A stretch of DNA of 64,000 nt from an uncultured candidate division Zixibacteria bacterium (GCA_963668625.2 CAXXKA010000006.1:576001-640000), one strand, 5' to 3'. Shown: positions 38,707 through 49,274, counted from the stretch's first letter. Made by a program: numbers and translations. Notes: generated by a model not told the origin, from the sequence alone.

Positions 38707-39145
38707 TTTCAGGTTGGAGAAAATTCGCCGCTATAAAGAGCAACTCGAGGAAGACAAGAAGATGAAACTGGGTACCGAGCAGGCGAAACTCATTAAAGAG
38801 CAACAAAAAATGATAGCTATAATAGAGAATAGAAACAGATATTTTTCGAAATACGGAGTAAAGAAAAAAGGAAAAATAAATGTATATCAATTGATGCTGG
38901 CCAAGCGGTATTTAGATAAACTGGCAAAAGATATTCAGGATCAAAATCAGCAGGTGGTTACGGCTGAAAAGAGCGTAAGTCAGGCTCAGCAGGAGCTTAT
39001 TGACGCTGCCAGGGAACGTAAAAAATACGAGAAATTAAAAGCCAGATATAAGACTAATTATGATAAAGAGGTGTTAAGGCAAGAGGGAATCGAACTGGAT
39101 GAGTTTGGTTCCAGAAAACTAGAGGTCGCCGACTCGATAATTTGA
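38693..39145 (+). CDS. fliJ: Export protein FliJ
   Basis: FNFRLEKI N-terminus, coiled coil, LDE C-terminus; follows fliI. Confidence 0.85.
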   Translation: MKKFNFRLEKIRRYKEQLEEDKKMKLGTEQAKLIKEQQKMIAIIENRNRYFSKYGVKKKGKINVYQLMLAKRYLDKLAKDIQDQNQQVVTAEKSVSQAQQELIDAARERKKYEKLKARYKTNYDKEVLRQEGIELDEFGSRKLEVADSII

Positions 39146-39176
39146 TAGATGCTTTTTGTTCATACTTGCTCCAAAG

Positions 39177-39208
39177 AAAATCCCTCCCTATGCCGGGGAG
39201 GGATTTTT
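39177..39208 (+). terminator. Intrinsic terminator
   Basis: AAAATCCCTCCC-tatgccg-GGGAGGGATTTT. Confidence 0.75.
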
Positions 39209-39518
39209 AATTTAAGTGTAAAACAATGTTTCTATAGGCTGCCTCGGAGGGTATGCCGGGCAATTAAATTACATCATAAAGTTACCAGCTTCGAAAGTCC
39301 ATTCTCTACATCATACCATGATAGTAGAGTTTAAGAGATTCACCTCGGGGTAGATATTTTTACTAAAGAGTTGAGCATCGAAAATGAGTTATTCTGGAAA
39401 TTAATACCATCCGATAAAGGAAATATTTTCACCGGTGAGCTGATCGCTATGCTAAATATAATCTTCTGATATTATTTAACTCGTTACTATTTAATGCCTT
39501 GCATATAACTCCCTGAAA

Positions 39519-39534
39519 TGGCACGAGGCTTGCT
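39519..39534 (+). promoter_or_regulatory. sigma54 promoter of the hook operon
   Basis: TGGCAC-GAGGC-TTGCT. Confidence 0.85.
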
Positions 39535-39566
39535 TTGATAAAATGCGGATAAAAGTGTAAATACTG

Positions 39567-40112
39567 ATGAAATTTGTTTTGAGAATACTGATTTACCTGG
39601 TTGCGACAATAGCCAGCTTCGTTTTGTACGTGCTGCTGTTTATGGTCGCCGCCGGGTTAACACCTCAACAAAGCATTGAGGTGTTGAGGGAGAAAGTGGA
39701 AGTAGCAGCGATCGATTCAACCGCGACGGAAACCGGGGAAGCCCCGATGAGCGATGCCATGAAAGCGGAGGTCCAAAAAGCTCGTGGGATGGTATCCGAT
39801 GAGATGGCTGAACTCGAGTCGGAAAAAAATAAGCTACTATCAGAGAAACAGGAATTGGAAAAGCTCAGGGACGAAATAGCAAGGCTTCTGGCCAAGAAAA
39901 GTAAAGCGGAAGAGGAGAGGATGTACAATCTGGCGAAAATATACGATGGCATGGACCAGGAACGTCTGGCCGAGGTATTTACCAGAATGAATGACACCCT
40001 CATCGTAAATATTCTGCCGAAAATGAAAGCAAACAACGCCAGCCTGGTGTTGGAATATTTACCTCCGGGCAGATCAGCCCAGATTTCTCATATGCTTCTG
40101 GGAGGTATGTAA
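39567..40112 (+). CDS. MotE/YlxF/FlbB-like flagellar protein
   Basis: N-terminal TM, coiled coil, LAKIYDGM MgtE-N-like helices; position between fliJ and fliK. Confidence 0.7.
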   Translation: MKFVLRILIYLVATIASFVLYVLLFMVAAGLTPQQSIEVLREKVEVAAIDSTATETGEAPMSDAMKAEVQKARGMVSDEMAELESEKNKLLSEKQELEKLRDEIARLLAKKSKAEEERMYNLAKIYDGMDQERLAEVFTRMNDTLIVNILPKMKANNASLVLEYLPPGRSAQISHMLLGGM

Positions 40113-41948
40113 GTGGGAAATATGTTTTTTAGCATAGGTCAGATGACCGATTTCTTGCTTAGCGATGCCGTACCTGGAAATCAGGCGAAATCACAGGCAA
40201 CGACAGGGCAGGTCGATTTCGAGGAATTCGTGAAAGGCTTGACCAATCAGACTAACCAGGGGCAGCTTACAAAAGGTATTACCGGTGATCTGGCTAATTA
40301 TCTTAAACAGGCCAACACAAAAAATCAAACCGGCGGAGTTTCCGAATCGAATGATTTAGCCATAACCGATTCGTTAGTTGATAGTTTCAATATGGATGAG
40401 CTTCTGAGCCTGGTTTCTCAATCACTCGATAATACGGCGAAAAGCATTCCCTTATCACAATACGATACTCCAACCGACCCAGCGCTTGCGGCGGAGGTCT
40501 ATGATGTTGTAGAACTCGAGGTATCTGATATCAAAGGATATCTTTCCGAGCTGAAACAACCGGTTAAGGCAACTGTCAGCTTAAAAGATATTCAAGCTGA
40601 TTTATCGTTACAGCAATTAATCAAACTATCCGAACCGATTGCTACAGATAACCAGATATCCGATGGACGAGCAATCGCCGAATCTGCAGGCAAGCCCGGC
40701 TATCAGTCAGCGCCGGAAATTAAACCTGCAGAAGCAATTCTGAGCTTAAAAGAGCTGGCGACGAATTTCGATATGATCGAACTCGACACCAGGCAGCTAT
40801 TTAAGTCGAGCGATAAGACTATTGATATCACCGCTTTCAATGAAAAGGGGAATAAGCAGGATTTAACGGTTAAAACAGATGAAGTTAAAGCCCTTATCAG
40901 CTCAAAAGATCAATCGCCGGTTATAGAAATTCCAACGAATAAAGCTCAAATCAATAATTTCTCGAATACAATATCCGGCGATACCAAACTGGCCGATATC
41001 GATAAAGCACAAAGTCCGGGCGAGGATAAAGTAATTGTCGATTTGAAAACATTGGTAAGCGCCAAAGAGACTGATGAGATAAAGGTCGTCTTGAAATCGA
41101 TGGATAATGCAACCGAAAAGCTATCCTCGGTAGGGCTATTGAATGAGTTCAAACAGAGCGGCAAGGATAATATCAAATTAAAACTTACTAATTCCTCAAA
41201 AGAGGTCAAGGTAAACGAACTTACTAAACCTGATCAATCGGTGAAAGTTGCCGCCGAAAGTTCGAGCAATGATAATCACACGGACAATTCATCGGAAAAG
41301 AAAAACCAGTACAATCAGAATACCGGATTCAAACCTCTTACGAACATCCAGAACCAGGTAACTGGACAGGCTATTGCTTTAAACAAAGAAACCGGATCGG
41401 TTGATCTCGTTTCGACACAGCAGGCAGGTATTAAAGATGTAAGCCAAACAGCCTCGGTGGACAACAAAACCGAACTGTATTCAGTGAACGACAATAAAGA
41501 GCTGATCGAAAGTATCACCAACCAGGTGAAAGCCAAAATATCCTCAGGCAGCGCCGGGACGAGGCTGACAGTTAACTTAAAACCCGAATACCTGGGCAAG
41601 ATCGATATCGAATTTACTTTCGATAAAAATAAGCTCGAGGCAATATTCAGGGTAGAGAAGAACGAGATCAGGGCAATACTCGATTCCGAGTTGCCGAAAC
41701 TCAAGCAAGAATTCAAGATCGACAGCTACCGGGTCGAGACCAATCCCCAGAGTTTTCATGACGATTCCCAGGCACATAACGGTCGGAATCAATTCGAGCG
41801 TATGGCCGGGCAAAACAATCCATACAGGAACGGTAACTCATCGGGTGGCGGTCTATCGGATAAAACGCAAATTAATGAAATAACGAATAACACGAAAAAT
41901 GTCCGTACCGGTTATGGTCACGGCAAAAATATCGATTTGTTAGCATAA
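40113..41948 (+). CDS. fliK: Hook-length control protein FliK
   Basis: Long low-complexity N-terminus, LKPEYLGKIDI domain, ends IDLLA, upstream of flgD. Confidence 0.85.
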   Translation: MGNMFFSIGQMTDFLLSDAVPGNQAKSQATTGQVDFEEFVKGLTNQTNQGQLTKGITGDLANYLKQANTKNQTGGVSESNDLAITDSLVDSFNMDELLSLVSQSLDNTAKSIPLSQYDTPTDPALAAEVYDVVELEVSDIKGYLSELKQPVKATVSLKDIQADLSLQQLIKLSEPIATDNQISDGRAIAESAGKPGYQSAPEIKPAEAILSLKELATNFDMIELDTRQLFKSSDKTIDITAFNEKGNKQDLTVKTDEVKALISSKDQSPVIEIPTNKAQINNFSNTISGDTKLADIDKAQSPGEDKVIVDLKTLVSAKETDEIKVVLKSMDNATEKLSSVGLLNEFKQSGKDNIKLKLTNSSKEVKVNELTKPDQSVKVAAESSSNDNHTDNSSEKKNQYNQNTGFKPLTNIQNQVTGQAIALNKETGSVDLVSTQQAGIKDVSQTASVDNKTELYSVNDNKELIESITNQVKAKISSGSAGTRLTVNLKPEYLGKIDIEFTFDKNKLEAIFRVEKNEIRAILDSELPKLKQEFKIDSYRVETNPQSFHDDSQAHNGRNQFERMAGQNNPYRNGNSSGGGLSDKTQINEITNNTKNVRTGYGHGKNIDLLA

Positions 41949-41957
41949 GGAGGTGAA

Positions 41958-42662
41958 ATGGCATACATATCTGACGTATCATTTTTCAATCCTACTCACG
42001 ATGGCACCACCTATGAGGCCAGCAGTGAACTGGATAAGAATGATTTCCTGCAATTGCTGGTAACCCAGCTTCAATTCCAGGATCCTCTGGAACCTATGGC
42101 TGACACGGATTTTATCGCACAGTTGGCACAGTTTTCCCAACTGGAGAGTCTATCCAATATGAGTGAAACACTGGATACAAACTCCGAGATCAGCTATATC
42201 ATGAGCCAGACGATCGCTAATACGATGGCGCCTTCGCTTATAGGCAAAACCGTCGTTGCGGCGGGATCGGAGTTCACGCTCGCAGAGGAAGAGTCCACCG
42301 AAATCAGTTTTAATTTGGACGCAAGCGCGGCTACGGTAACCGTCAATATTTATGATGAAAACGGTGATCTTGCCAGAACAATCGAGATGGAAGACCTCGC
42401 GGGAGGTGATCACACGATCGAGTGGGATGGTACTAACAACAGCGGCACCGCTCTGGCGCCGGGCAGTTATTCATTCGAGGTACATGCCTCAACGGCCGCC
42501 GGTGATGAGATAGAATCGGAGGAACGTGTAATCGGGGTAATAGAGAAAGTAAAATACGTGGACGGACAAGCGTACCTGATAGTCGGAGGTTACAAGGTAA
42601 ACCTATCGACGGTCATCGAGGTAGTCGATCAGGGTTCGCAGGCAACGACTCATCAAAGCTAA
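41958..42662 (+). CDS. flgD: Hook capping protein FlgD
   Basis: DFLQLLVTQLQFQDPLEP, AQLAQFS, Ig-like WDG domain. Confidence 0.93.
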   Translation: MAYISDVSFFNPTHDGTTYEASSELDKNDFLQLLVTQLQFQDPLEPMADTDFIAQLAQFSQLESLSNMSETLDTNSEISYIMSQTIANTMAPSLIGKTVVAAGSEFTLAEEESTEISFNLDASAATVTVNIYDENGDLARTIEMEDLAGGDHTIEWDGTNNSGTALAPGSYSFEVHASTAAGDEIESEERVIGVIEKVKYVDGQAYLIVGGYKVNLSTVIEVVDQGSQATTHQS

Positions 42663-42677
42663 TTAAGGAGGTGAAAA

Positions 42678-43064
42678 GTGAAAATTAATGGCGTTGGCCA
42701 TAAATTGCCAATCAATATTGATGAGATTACTCGTCAAAATTCGACCGAAGCCGGTCGGGTAAAGGGCAGTGATTTCAAAAAAGATTTTAACGAGGCTCTG
42801 GCTAACACCTCTAATTTGAAGTTTTCGAACCATGCTTTGGATAGACTTAACAAACGAGGGGTTGAAATAAATACCAATACTTTCGAGCGTCTGGATAGCG
42901 CGGTAACCGCCGCCGATAAAAAAGGCGCCGGACAATCATTGGTACTTTTGGATGAAATGGCGTTTTTAGTTTCCGTGAAAAACAGAACCGTGATAACCGC
43001 CATGGAAACCAATAATATGAAAGAAGGCGTGTTCACTAAAATAGATAGCGCCGTGATCGGATAA
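42678..43064 (+). CDS. TIGR02530-type flagellar operon protein
   Basis: LKFSNHALDRL..R, SLVL, VSVKNRTVITA, VFTKIDSAVI. Confidence 0.85.
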   Translation: MKINGVGHKLPINIDEITRQNSTEAGRVKGSDFKKDFNEALANTSNLKFSNHALDRLNKRGVEINTNTFERLDSAVTAADKKGAGQSLVLLDEMAFLVSVKNRTVITAMETNNMKEGVFTKIDSAVIG

Positions 43065-43137
43065 CTACGAGCTGGTCCCCACAGGGGAGGCTCAATATCC
43101 GGCCCGATTGGTCGGATAAGATGAGGAGATTTAAATT

Positions 43138-45453
43138 ATGATGCCGTCACTTTTTGCCGGCGTGTCCGGTTTGAAAAACCATCAAACTAAAATGAACGTA
43201 GTCGGCGATAATATCGCTAATGTAAATACGATCGGTTTCAAGATGGGGCGTGTAACTTTTCAGGAGGCTCTGGTTCAGACATTAAGCGGAGCCAGCCGTC
43301 CGACCACGTCCTCGGGTGGTACCAACCCGAAGCAATTGGGTCTGGGTATGTCTGTTTCGACAATCGATAACCTGTTCTTACAGGGCGGTCTCGAGACAAC
43401 CGGTCAGATTTCCGACCTGGCAATTCAGGGAAGCGGATTTTTCGTACTTTCCAACGGCGCTCAAGAATTTTATACCAGGGCCGGAAGTTTCGGATTTGAC
43501 GCCGATTCTAATATGGTTAATCCGTCCAACGGCTATATCCTTCAGGGTAAAATGGCCGATGTTGACGGTACTATTCCCGCGAATGCCTCGATCGGTAATA
43601 TCACTATGCCGTTCGGTCAGCAGGATCCTGCTCGGGCGACCTCTGAAGTCGTGCTGGGTATGAACCTCAATGCCGGCGCAACTGATGCCGACGCCTCGCT
43701 ATCATCCGCGGGTACTTCTAATGTAACCTCGATTTCAGGTACCGCCGATAACGGTTCCGGCGGTGTTCACAATATTACGATTGTCGGTGAAAACGCCAGG
43801 TTCTCTGAGCTTGCCGGTGTTCATGCCAATGAATTGACCGACGTGGGGGTCGGTGCTGTAACCACGACGAGTACTCCTACCGGTTTCGGTACATTAGTTC
43901 CCGGTACTACATACTACTACACCGTGATAGCTAAAAATGACCTGGGCGAATCTATGGGAGCCGAGTTCAGCCATACCCTGGCTGCAGGTAGTGACTCAAT
44001 CACACTTGACTGGCTTGGTTACAGCGATCTTGCTGATGCCACGGAGATGGTAATCTATCGTTCAACAGTGCCCGGCGACTATACAGCAGGTAATAACGGT
44101 AGGATTGATAGTCAGGTTCCCGTGGGGCCTCCGACTAACTACGTGGATAGTGGTATTATCCCGGAAGCTAATGTTAATCCGCCCACTTTCAATTCTACTA
44201 TTAATCTAACCGGCGATTTGCGGCTCGGCAATAATCTGAATGTAACCGATACGACCGGTTTAGAGATCAGGGTTGACAACGGAGCATGGATACCGTTGAC
44301 CCAGTTAACGACTGAATCAAGGATTAACGATCTTATTCAAGCTATTAATACTAACACGACCGGCGTAACTGCTGCTCTTGTTGATGGACAGGTGCAGATT
44401 ACTCGCGATTATGCCGGTAGTTCCAGTACATACAATGTCGAAATCCGTGATAACGGCGCCGGAAATATTTGTCAGCAGGTATTCGGTAGCGCTAACTTCA
44501 CCGTAAACAACGGTTCGGCCTCGACTCTTCAGGCTACCGATGAATTCACTCCTAATATCACCGGCACAACTCTTGCACCGATTGATTTAACGCTCATCAC
44601 CGATCCGGTAACCGGAATAATCACCGGGATATCGAATATCGGCGGCGGCGGGATAACCACTAACACGGGTACCGGCGGTCTCGTGGGTGATCCTGACGGC
44701 GCTGGTCCTCTGGCATCATCAACTCTGGTAGTTGAAACCGAGGATACCCAGCATGCCACCAGTATTACCACTTACGATTCACAGGGTGGTAAACATACCA
44801 TAACCGTGACGTTCACCAAGAGCTGGGAAGATAACACCTGGTATTGGGAAGCCGATGCGGGTACCGATGAAATCATCAGATCCGGTGGTTCGGGTACGGT
44901 GCAGTTTAACGCCGATGGCTCTCTGGCCTCGTTTAATATCGATGGCGGCGTCACCAGCATGACTGTCGATCCGAATAACGGCGCTGATGTAATGGTAATC
45001 GATTTGGTAACAGGCACCTCGGGTGGATTTGATGGCTTGACCGGGTTCTCCTCGGCCAGTACCGCCTCGGCCCGTTCCCAGGATGGTTATGGCCTGGGTG
45101 TGCTTTCCGATATTTCGATCGATACCACCGGTACGATAACGGGTATATTTACCAACGGTGTAACAAGAATATTGGCACAGGTTTATATCGCCGATTTTAA
45201 CAACTCCGGCGGTTTATACAAATCCGGCCAGAATATGTACCAGGCCTCCGCCAACTCCGGCAACGCTATTTTAAGCACGGCCGGTTCGGCGACATCATCG
45301 ACTATAACCTCAGGCGCTCTGGAGGTTTCTAATGTCGACCTGGCGCAGGAATTTACCAACATGATAGTATCACAAAGAGGTTTCCAGGCGAACGCCAGGG
45401 TGATAACGACCTCTGACGATATGTTAAATGAACTGGTTAACCTGAAGGGATAG
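43138..45453 (+). CDS. flgE: Flagellar hook protein FlgE with a large central insertion
   Basis: GDNIANVNTIGFK, DLAIQGSGFF, YTRAG.F, YDSQG..H, LEVSNVDLAQEF...QRGFQAN. Confidence 0.93.
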   Translation: MMPSLFAGVSGLKNHQTKMNVVGDNIANVNTIGFKMGRVTFQEALVQTLSGASRPTTSSGGTNPKQLGLGMSVSTIDNLFLQGGLETTGQISDLAIQGSGFFVLSNGAQEFYTRAGSFGFDADSNMVNPSNGYILQGKMADVDGTIPANASIGNITMPFGQQDPARATSEVVLGMNLNAGATDADASLSSAGTSNVTSISGTADNGSGGVHNITIVGENARFSELAGVHANELTDVGVGAVTTTSTPTGFGTLVPGTTYYYTVIAKNDLGESMGAEFSHTLAAGSDSITLDWLGYSDLADATEMVIYRSTVPGDYTAGNNGRIDSQVPVGPPTNYVDSGIIPEANVNPPTFNSTINLTGDLRLGNNLNVTDTTGLEIRVDNGAWIPLTQLTTESRINDLIQAINTNTTGVTAALVDGQVQITRDYAGSSSTYNVEIRDNGAGNICQQVFGSANFTVNNGSASTLQATDEFTPNITGTTLAPIDLTLITDPVTGIITGISNIGGGGITTNTGTGGLVGDPDGAGPLASSTLVVETEDTQHATSITTYDSQGGKHTITVTFTKSWEDNTWYWEADAGTDEIIRSGGSGTVQFNADGSLASFNIDGGVTSMTVDPNNGADVMVIDLVTGTSGGFDGLTGFSSASTASARSQDGYGLGVLSDISIDTTGTITGIFTNGVTRILAQVYIADFNNSGGLYKSGQNMYQASANSGNAILSTAGSATSSTITSGALEVSNVDLAQEFTNMIVSQRGFQANARVITTSDDMLNELVNLKG

Positions 45454-45467
45454 CCGATAAGTAATAT

Positions 45468-45495
45468 AGGGGAGGAGTAATTCTTCTCCCCTTTT
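45468..45495 (+). terminator. Hairpin/terminator after flgE
   Basis: AGGGGAGGA-gtaat-TCTTCTCCCCT followed by TTT. Confidence 0.6.
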
Positions 45496-45508
45496 GAAGG
45501 ATAAAACG

Positions 45509-45718
45509 ATGATTAAAGTTACCAGGCTGAACGAAACGGAATTAGTAATCAACACCGATTTAATCGAGTTCGTTGAATCTATCCCGGATACGATTATCAG
45601 TCTGACTACTGGCAAGAAAATCATGGTCAAGGAATCTATCGATGAGGTTATCGCGAAAGTCGATGAGTTCAAGAGGCGGATTTCGAATCATGATATCAAA
45701 GAAAAACAGGTGAGGTAG
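45509..45718 (+). CDS. flbD: FlbD/SwrD family protein
   Basis: MIKVTRLN...INTDLIEFVES.PDT.I.LT.GK. Confidence 0.88.
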   Translation: MIKVTRLNETELVINTDLIEFVESIPDTIISLTTGKKIMVKESIDEVIAKVDEFKRRISNHDIKEKQVR

Positions 45719-45720
45719 AT

Positions 45721-46350
45721 ATGGCCGAAGTAGATCAGGTATCCGCTCCGGAAGTGGAACCACCGAAATCAGATGACAAGAAATCCTCTAAAAAGGGAAG
45801 TGGCTTGAAGCTGAACCTGATTGTGATCGTTGTATCTCAATTGATCCTGGCAGGTGGTGGTTTCTTTATGGTAAGTCAGTTTATCAAACCCGATCCGGCA
45901 ATCAGAAACATGATCGAACAACAAAGTCTTCAGGAGAGTGCCGAGACCGGCGAAGGTCATGGTGAGAATGGCGAGGCCGCTCATGCCGATGATGCGCATC
46001 GTGAGATTTATTTGCTCGAGGACATTATCGTGAATCCGGCCGGTACGAGGGGCAGTAGATACCTGTCGATCTCAATCGGTGTCGAGATGAATGCCCCGGC
46101 TGTCGATGAGGAAAGCGGCGGCGGTGGTCACGGTGGTGGTGGAGAAACAGAACAAGCATCGCCGCTCGAACCGAGGAAAGCTCAATTGCGCGATGTATTG
46201 ATTAACATACTTTCCGCGAAAACGATTTTAGAGTTAACCACCGCTGAGGAGAAAGAAAATATCCGCAACGAGATATTAGAGAAGTTCACTGAAATATTAA
46301 ACCCGGAGCCTGTCCACCAAATTTATTTTGTGGATTTTGTACTGCAGTAA
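45721..46350 (+). CDS. fliL: Basal body-associated FliL
   Basis: TM, IIVNPAG...RYL, LRD, IYF.DFVLQ. Confidence 0.88.
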   Translation: MAEVDQVSAPEVEPPKSDDKKSSKKGSGLKLNLIVIVVSQLILAGGGFFMVSQFIKPDPAIRNMIEQQSLQESAETGEGHGENGEAAHADDAHREIYLLEDIIVNPAGTRGSRYLSISIGVEMNAPAVDEESGGGGHGGGGETEQASPLEPRKAQLRDVLINILSAKTILELTTAEEKENIRNEILEKFTEILNPEPVHQIYFVDFVLQ

Positions 46351-46352
46351 TT

Positions 46353-47333
46353 ATGGCAAAAATATTATCTCAAAACGAAATCGATGCGCTGTTAAATCAG
46401 GTAACATCCACGGATGAATCGTCATCGATAGATGAATCTCCAGAAAGATCGGAACTTTCGAGAAAAGCTGTTGCTTACGATTTTAAACATCCCAACCGCG
46501 TATCCAAAGACCAAATGCGAACCCTGGAGTCGCTGCATTCGAATTTCGCCGGCCATTTCGGTTCGGCGCTTTCCGGAATAACCAGGTCGGTGGTCGATAT
46601 CGATTTATTATCGGTTGACCAGATCACCTACTCGGAATTCATCATGTCGCTGGTTTCCCCATCGAGCACTTATGTGTTCTCGATCAATCCGCTGGAAGGC
46701 GCAGGTATTCTCGATTTCAATCCCTCTGTGGTTTTCGCGTTCGTCGACAGAATGTTCGGCGGCACGGGAAAATCATTGAATACCGAAAGGGAGTTGACCG
46801 GTATCGAGAAGGCGCTGATGTCGAAAATCGTCAATCGCGGATTCAAAGAACTGGAGAAATCCTGGGAGCATATCGTTAACCTTCAAATTAGAATGTCGGC
46901 GTTCGAATCGAATCCTCAGTTCATACAGATCGTTCCTCCCGGTGAAACTGTCATCGTTATCTCCTTGCAGATCAAGATGCAGTCATCCTCGGGGATCATG
47001 ACTATCTGCTATCCTTACCTGACACTCGAGGACGTGGTCAACAAGCTTTCGGCGCAGAACTGGATCGACAAGAACAAGAAGCTGATCGATGATATCGACA
47101 GGGAGCAGAATATCCAGAGGATGATCCCGATCGACGCTGATCTTAAGGCTATCCTGGGTGAAACAACGATCAAGATCAAAGAGCTGATGGAAATCGAGAA
47201 CGGCGATGTCTTAAGGTTCGATCGTCGCGTGCGAGATAATATTGAAATTTACGTTGGTGATAAAGTTAAATTCCGCGGAACTCCCGGTAAATTCGGGAAG
47301 AATATGGCCGTGAGAATTAATACCGTTTTATGA
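46353..47333 (+). CDS. fliM: Motor switch protein FliM
   Basis: ILSQNEIDALL, YDFKHP, SVDQITY.EF, RELTGIE, ESNPQF. Confidence 0.95.
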   Translation: MAKILSQNEIDALLNQVTSTDESSSIDESPERSELSRKAVAYDFKHPNRVSKDQMRTLESLHSNFAGHFGSALSGITRSVVDIDLLSVDQITYSEFIMSLVSPSSTYVFSINPLEGAGILDFNPSVVFAFVDRMFGGTGKSLNTERELTGIEKALMSKIVNRGFKELEKSWEHIVNLQIRMSAFESNPQFIQIVPPGETVIVISLQIKMQSSSGIMTICYPYLTLEDVVNKLSAQNWIDKNKKLIDDIDREQNIQRMIPIDADLKAILGETTIKIKELMEIENGDVLRFDRRVRDNIEIYVGDKVKFRGTPGKFGKNMAVRINTVL

Positions 47334-47342
47334 GGTTAAGCT

Positions 47343-48068
47343 ATGGCTGATGAACAATCTGAATTAAACAATGAGGAACAGGAAAACCAGCCGAAAACTC
47401 CGGAGGAGGGGCTGGAGGCTGAAAGTTCCGCAGATGAGCAAACACCGGCCGGTGATGAAAATCTTAATATGCCTGACATGGATTTCGCCAACGGTGAAAA
47501 GGCCGATGATGAGGCCGGGGAGGATCTGAGCGCAGATATTAGCGCTGACACCGGAAGCGACTTCGAGAAGACCGTAAATCCCGAGGATGCCAACGAGGAT
47601 GATGCCGAAGCTGAGATGCTCAAGATGATGGAGCAGAGCAACGTACTCGGTGATGATGAAAAAGTGGTAAATCCCGAGGATGCCAGCGAGGACGATGCGG
47701 AAGCTGAGATGCTCAAGATGATGGAGCAGTCCGCAGGCGCCGCGCCGGAAGAGCCGGTCGTACAGAAAGCCAGTTTCAGCGAATTCAGCGACCCGCCCAA
47801 GCAGGAGCCGAAGAATCTGAATTTGCTCATGGATGTCTCGTTGCCGATATCGATCGAACTCGGTCGTACGGCCATGGCGATCGAAGATATCCTGAATCTG
47901 GGACCTGGTTCGGTTGTCGAACTGGATAAGCTGGCAGGTGAACCGGTGGATTTGCTGGTTAACAATAAGCTTTTAGCAAAAGGTGAAGTAGTAGTAATCG
48001 ATGAGAATTTCGGCGTGCGTATTACCAACATGGTGTCCAAGCCGGATAGGATCAGGAGTTTGCAGTGA
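47343..48068 (+). CDS. fliN: Motor switch protein FliN with a long acidic N-terminus
   Basis: LMDVSL.ISIELG...[15 protein letters not shown]...[14 protein letters not shown]. Confidence 0.9.
   Translation: MADEQSELNNEEQENQPKTPEEGLEAESSADEQTPAGDENLNMPDMDFANGEKADDEAGEDLSADISADTGSDFEKTVNPEDANEDDAEAEMLKMMEQSNVLGDDEKVVNPEDASEDDAEAEMLKMMEQSAGAAPEEPVVQKASFSEFSDPPKQEPKNLNLLMDVSLPISIELGRTAMAIEDILNLGPGSVVELDKLAGEPVDLLVNNKLLAKGEVVVIDENFGVRITNMVSKPDRIRSLQ
47574..47730 (+). repeat. 93-bp in-frame tandem repeat in fliN
   Basis: VNPEDA(N/S)[15 protein letters not shown] twice, starting at 47574 and 47667. Confidence 0.9.
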
Positions 48069-48496
48069 AGTATTTGATGTCGTTGCTTGTTTTAATCCCT
48101 TTAAATGTTTTCGCGCAAGATACTTTAAAAACACCATTACAGCCGCCCGATGTCAGTTACAGCCCGGGGATAGGCTCAGTCATTTTCAAGCTGGTGCTAT
48201 CGCTGGTGATTATTATCGGTCTGATTTACCTGACTGTTTTCTTATTGAAGAAGGTTGGCAACAGGACAATGCCAAGTAACAGTGGTATGATCAGGGTTAT
48301 CGGTAAGTCGTACCTGACCCCGAAACAAAGTTTGTTTATAGTGAAGTTGGGAGCATCGTACTCGGTTCTTGGGGTAGGGGAGGGATCGGTAAATTATATC
48401 AAAGATCTATCTCCGGAGGAAGCAGAATCGTTCGAGACCGCCCCAAAGGATGTAAAAGGTTTTCAAAATATCTTGAAATCGGTTTTAGGAAAATGA
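48065..48496 (+). CDS. fliO: Flagellar biosynthesis protein FliO
   Basis: TM followed by [11 protein letters not shown]...VLGV; gene order. Confidence 0.8.
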   Translation: MKYLMSLLVLIPLNVFAQDTLKTPLQPPDVSYSPGIGSVIFKLVLSLVIIIGLIYLTVFLLKKVGNRTMPSNSGMIRVIGKSYLTPKQSLFIVKLGASYSVLGVGEGSVNYIKDLSPEEAESFETAPKDVKGFQNILKSVLGK

Positions 48497-49242
48497 AGTT
48501 TTTAAAAATTGCTCTGATAACGATTATATTATTTTCGGTGATGGGCGGAATAGCCCATTCTCAAACGACTCTGCCTAAAATATCCGTGCAGGTCGAGGAT
48601 AGTGAGAACGCCAAGGATTTATCGGTAACGTTGCAAATCCTTCTCATGATGACGATACTGACTTTGGCGCCCTCTATAATAATAATGCTGACATCGTTCG
48701 TGCGGATCGTGGTAGTATTCTCGTTTCTGCGCCATGCGGTCGGTACTCATCAAATGCCGCCGAATCAATTATTGATAGGTTTGGCATTGATTCTGACGGC
48801 GTTTATCATGGCGCCGACAATCACACAGGTAAACGATAACGCGCTACAACCTTACCTCAATGATGAGATCAACCAGAAGGAAGCATATGAGATCGGTATA
48901 CAGCCGATTAGGGATTTCATGCTCAAACAGGTAAGGGAGAAAGACCTGGCGTTGTTCGTTTCACTGTCGGGAATCGATAAACCCGAATCGCCCGCTGATT
49001 TACCAACATACCTGATTATCCCGGGATATGTTATCTCGGAACTCAGGATAGCTTTTCAAATCAGTTTCATTCTTTTTATTCCGTTTATAATTATTGATAT
49101 GGTAGTGGCCTCGGTGTTAATGTCGATGGGTATGCTCATGCTACCGCCGATTATGGTGTCGTTGCCTTTCAAGATACTGCTGTTCGTGCTGGTGGATGGC
49201 TGGTATTTGATAGTCAAATCGTTGGTTACCAGTTTTAACTAA
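48493..49242 (+). CDS. fliP: Export gate FliP
   Basis: TSFVRI, PPNQ, ISELR.AFQI, LPFKILLFVLVDGW. Confidence 0.95.
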   Translation: MKFLKIALITIILFSVMGGIAHSQTTLPKISVQVEDSENAKDLSVTLQILLMMTILTLAPSIIIMLTSFVRIVVVFSFLRHAVGTHQMPPNQLLIGLALILTAFIMAPTITQVNDNALQPYLNDEINQKEAYEIGIQPIRDFMLKQVREKDLALFVSLSGIDKPESPADLPTYLIIPGYVISELRIAFQISFILFIPFIIIDMVVASVLMSMGMLMLPPIMVSLPFKILLFVLVDGWYLIVKSLVTSFN

Positions 49243-49274
49243 TGAGATTAATGTTTGGAAGATGAGGTAGTACT

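Noticed and set aside
45453-45460. GCCGATAA sigma28 -10 box after flgE
   Set aside because: No TAAA-like -35 at 15-nt spacing.
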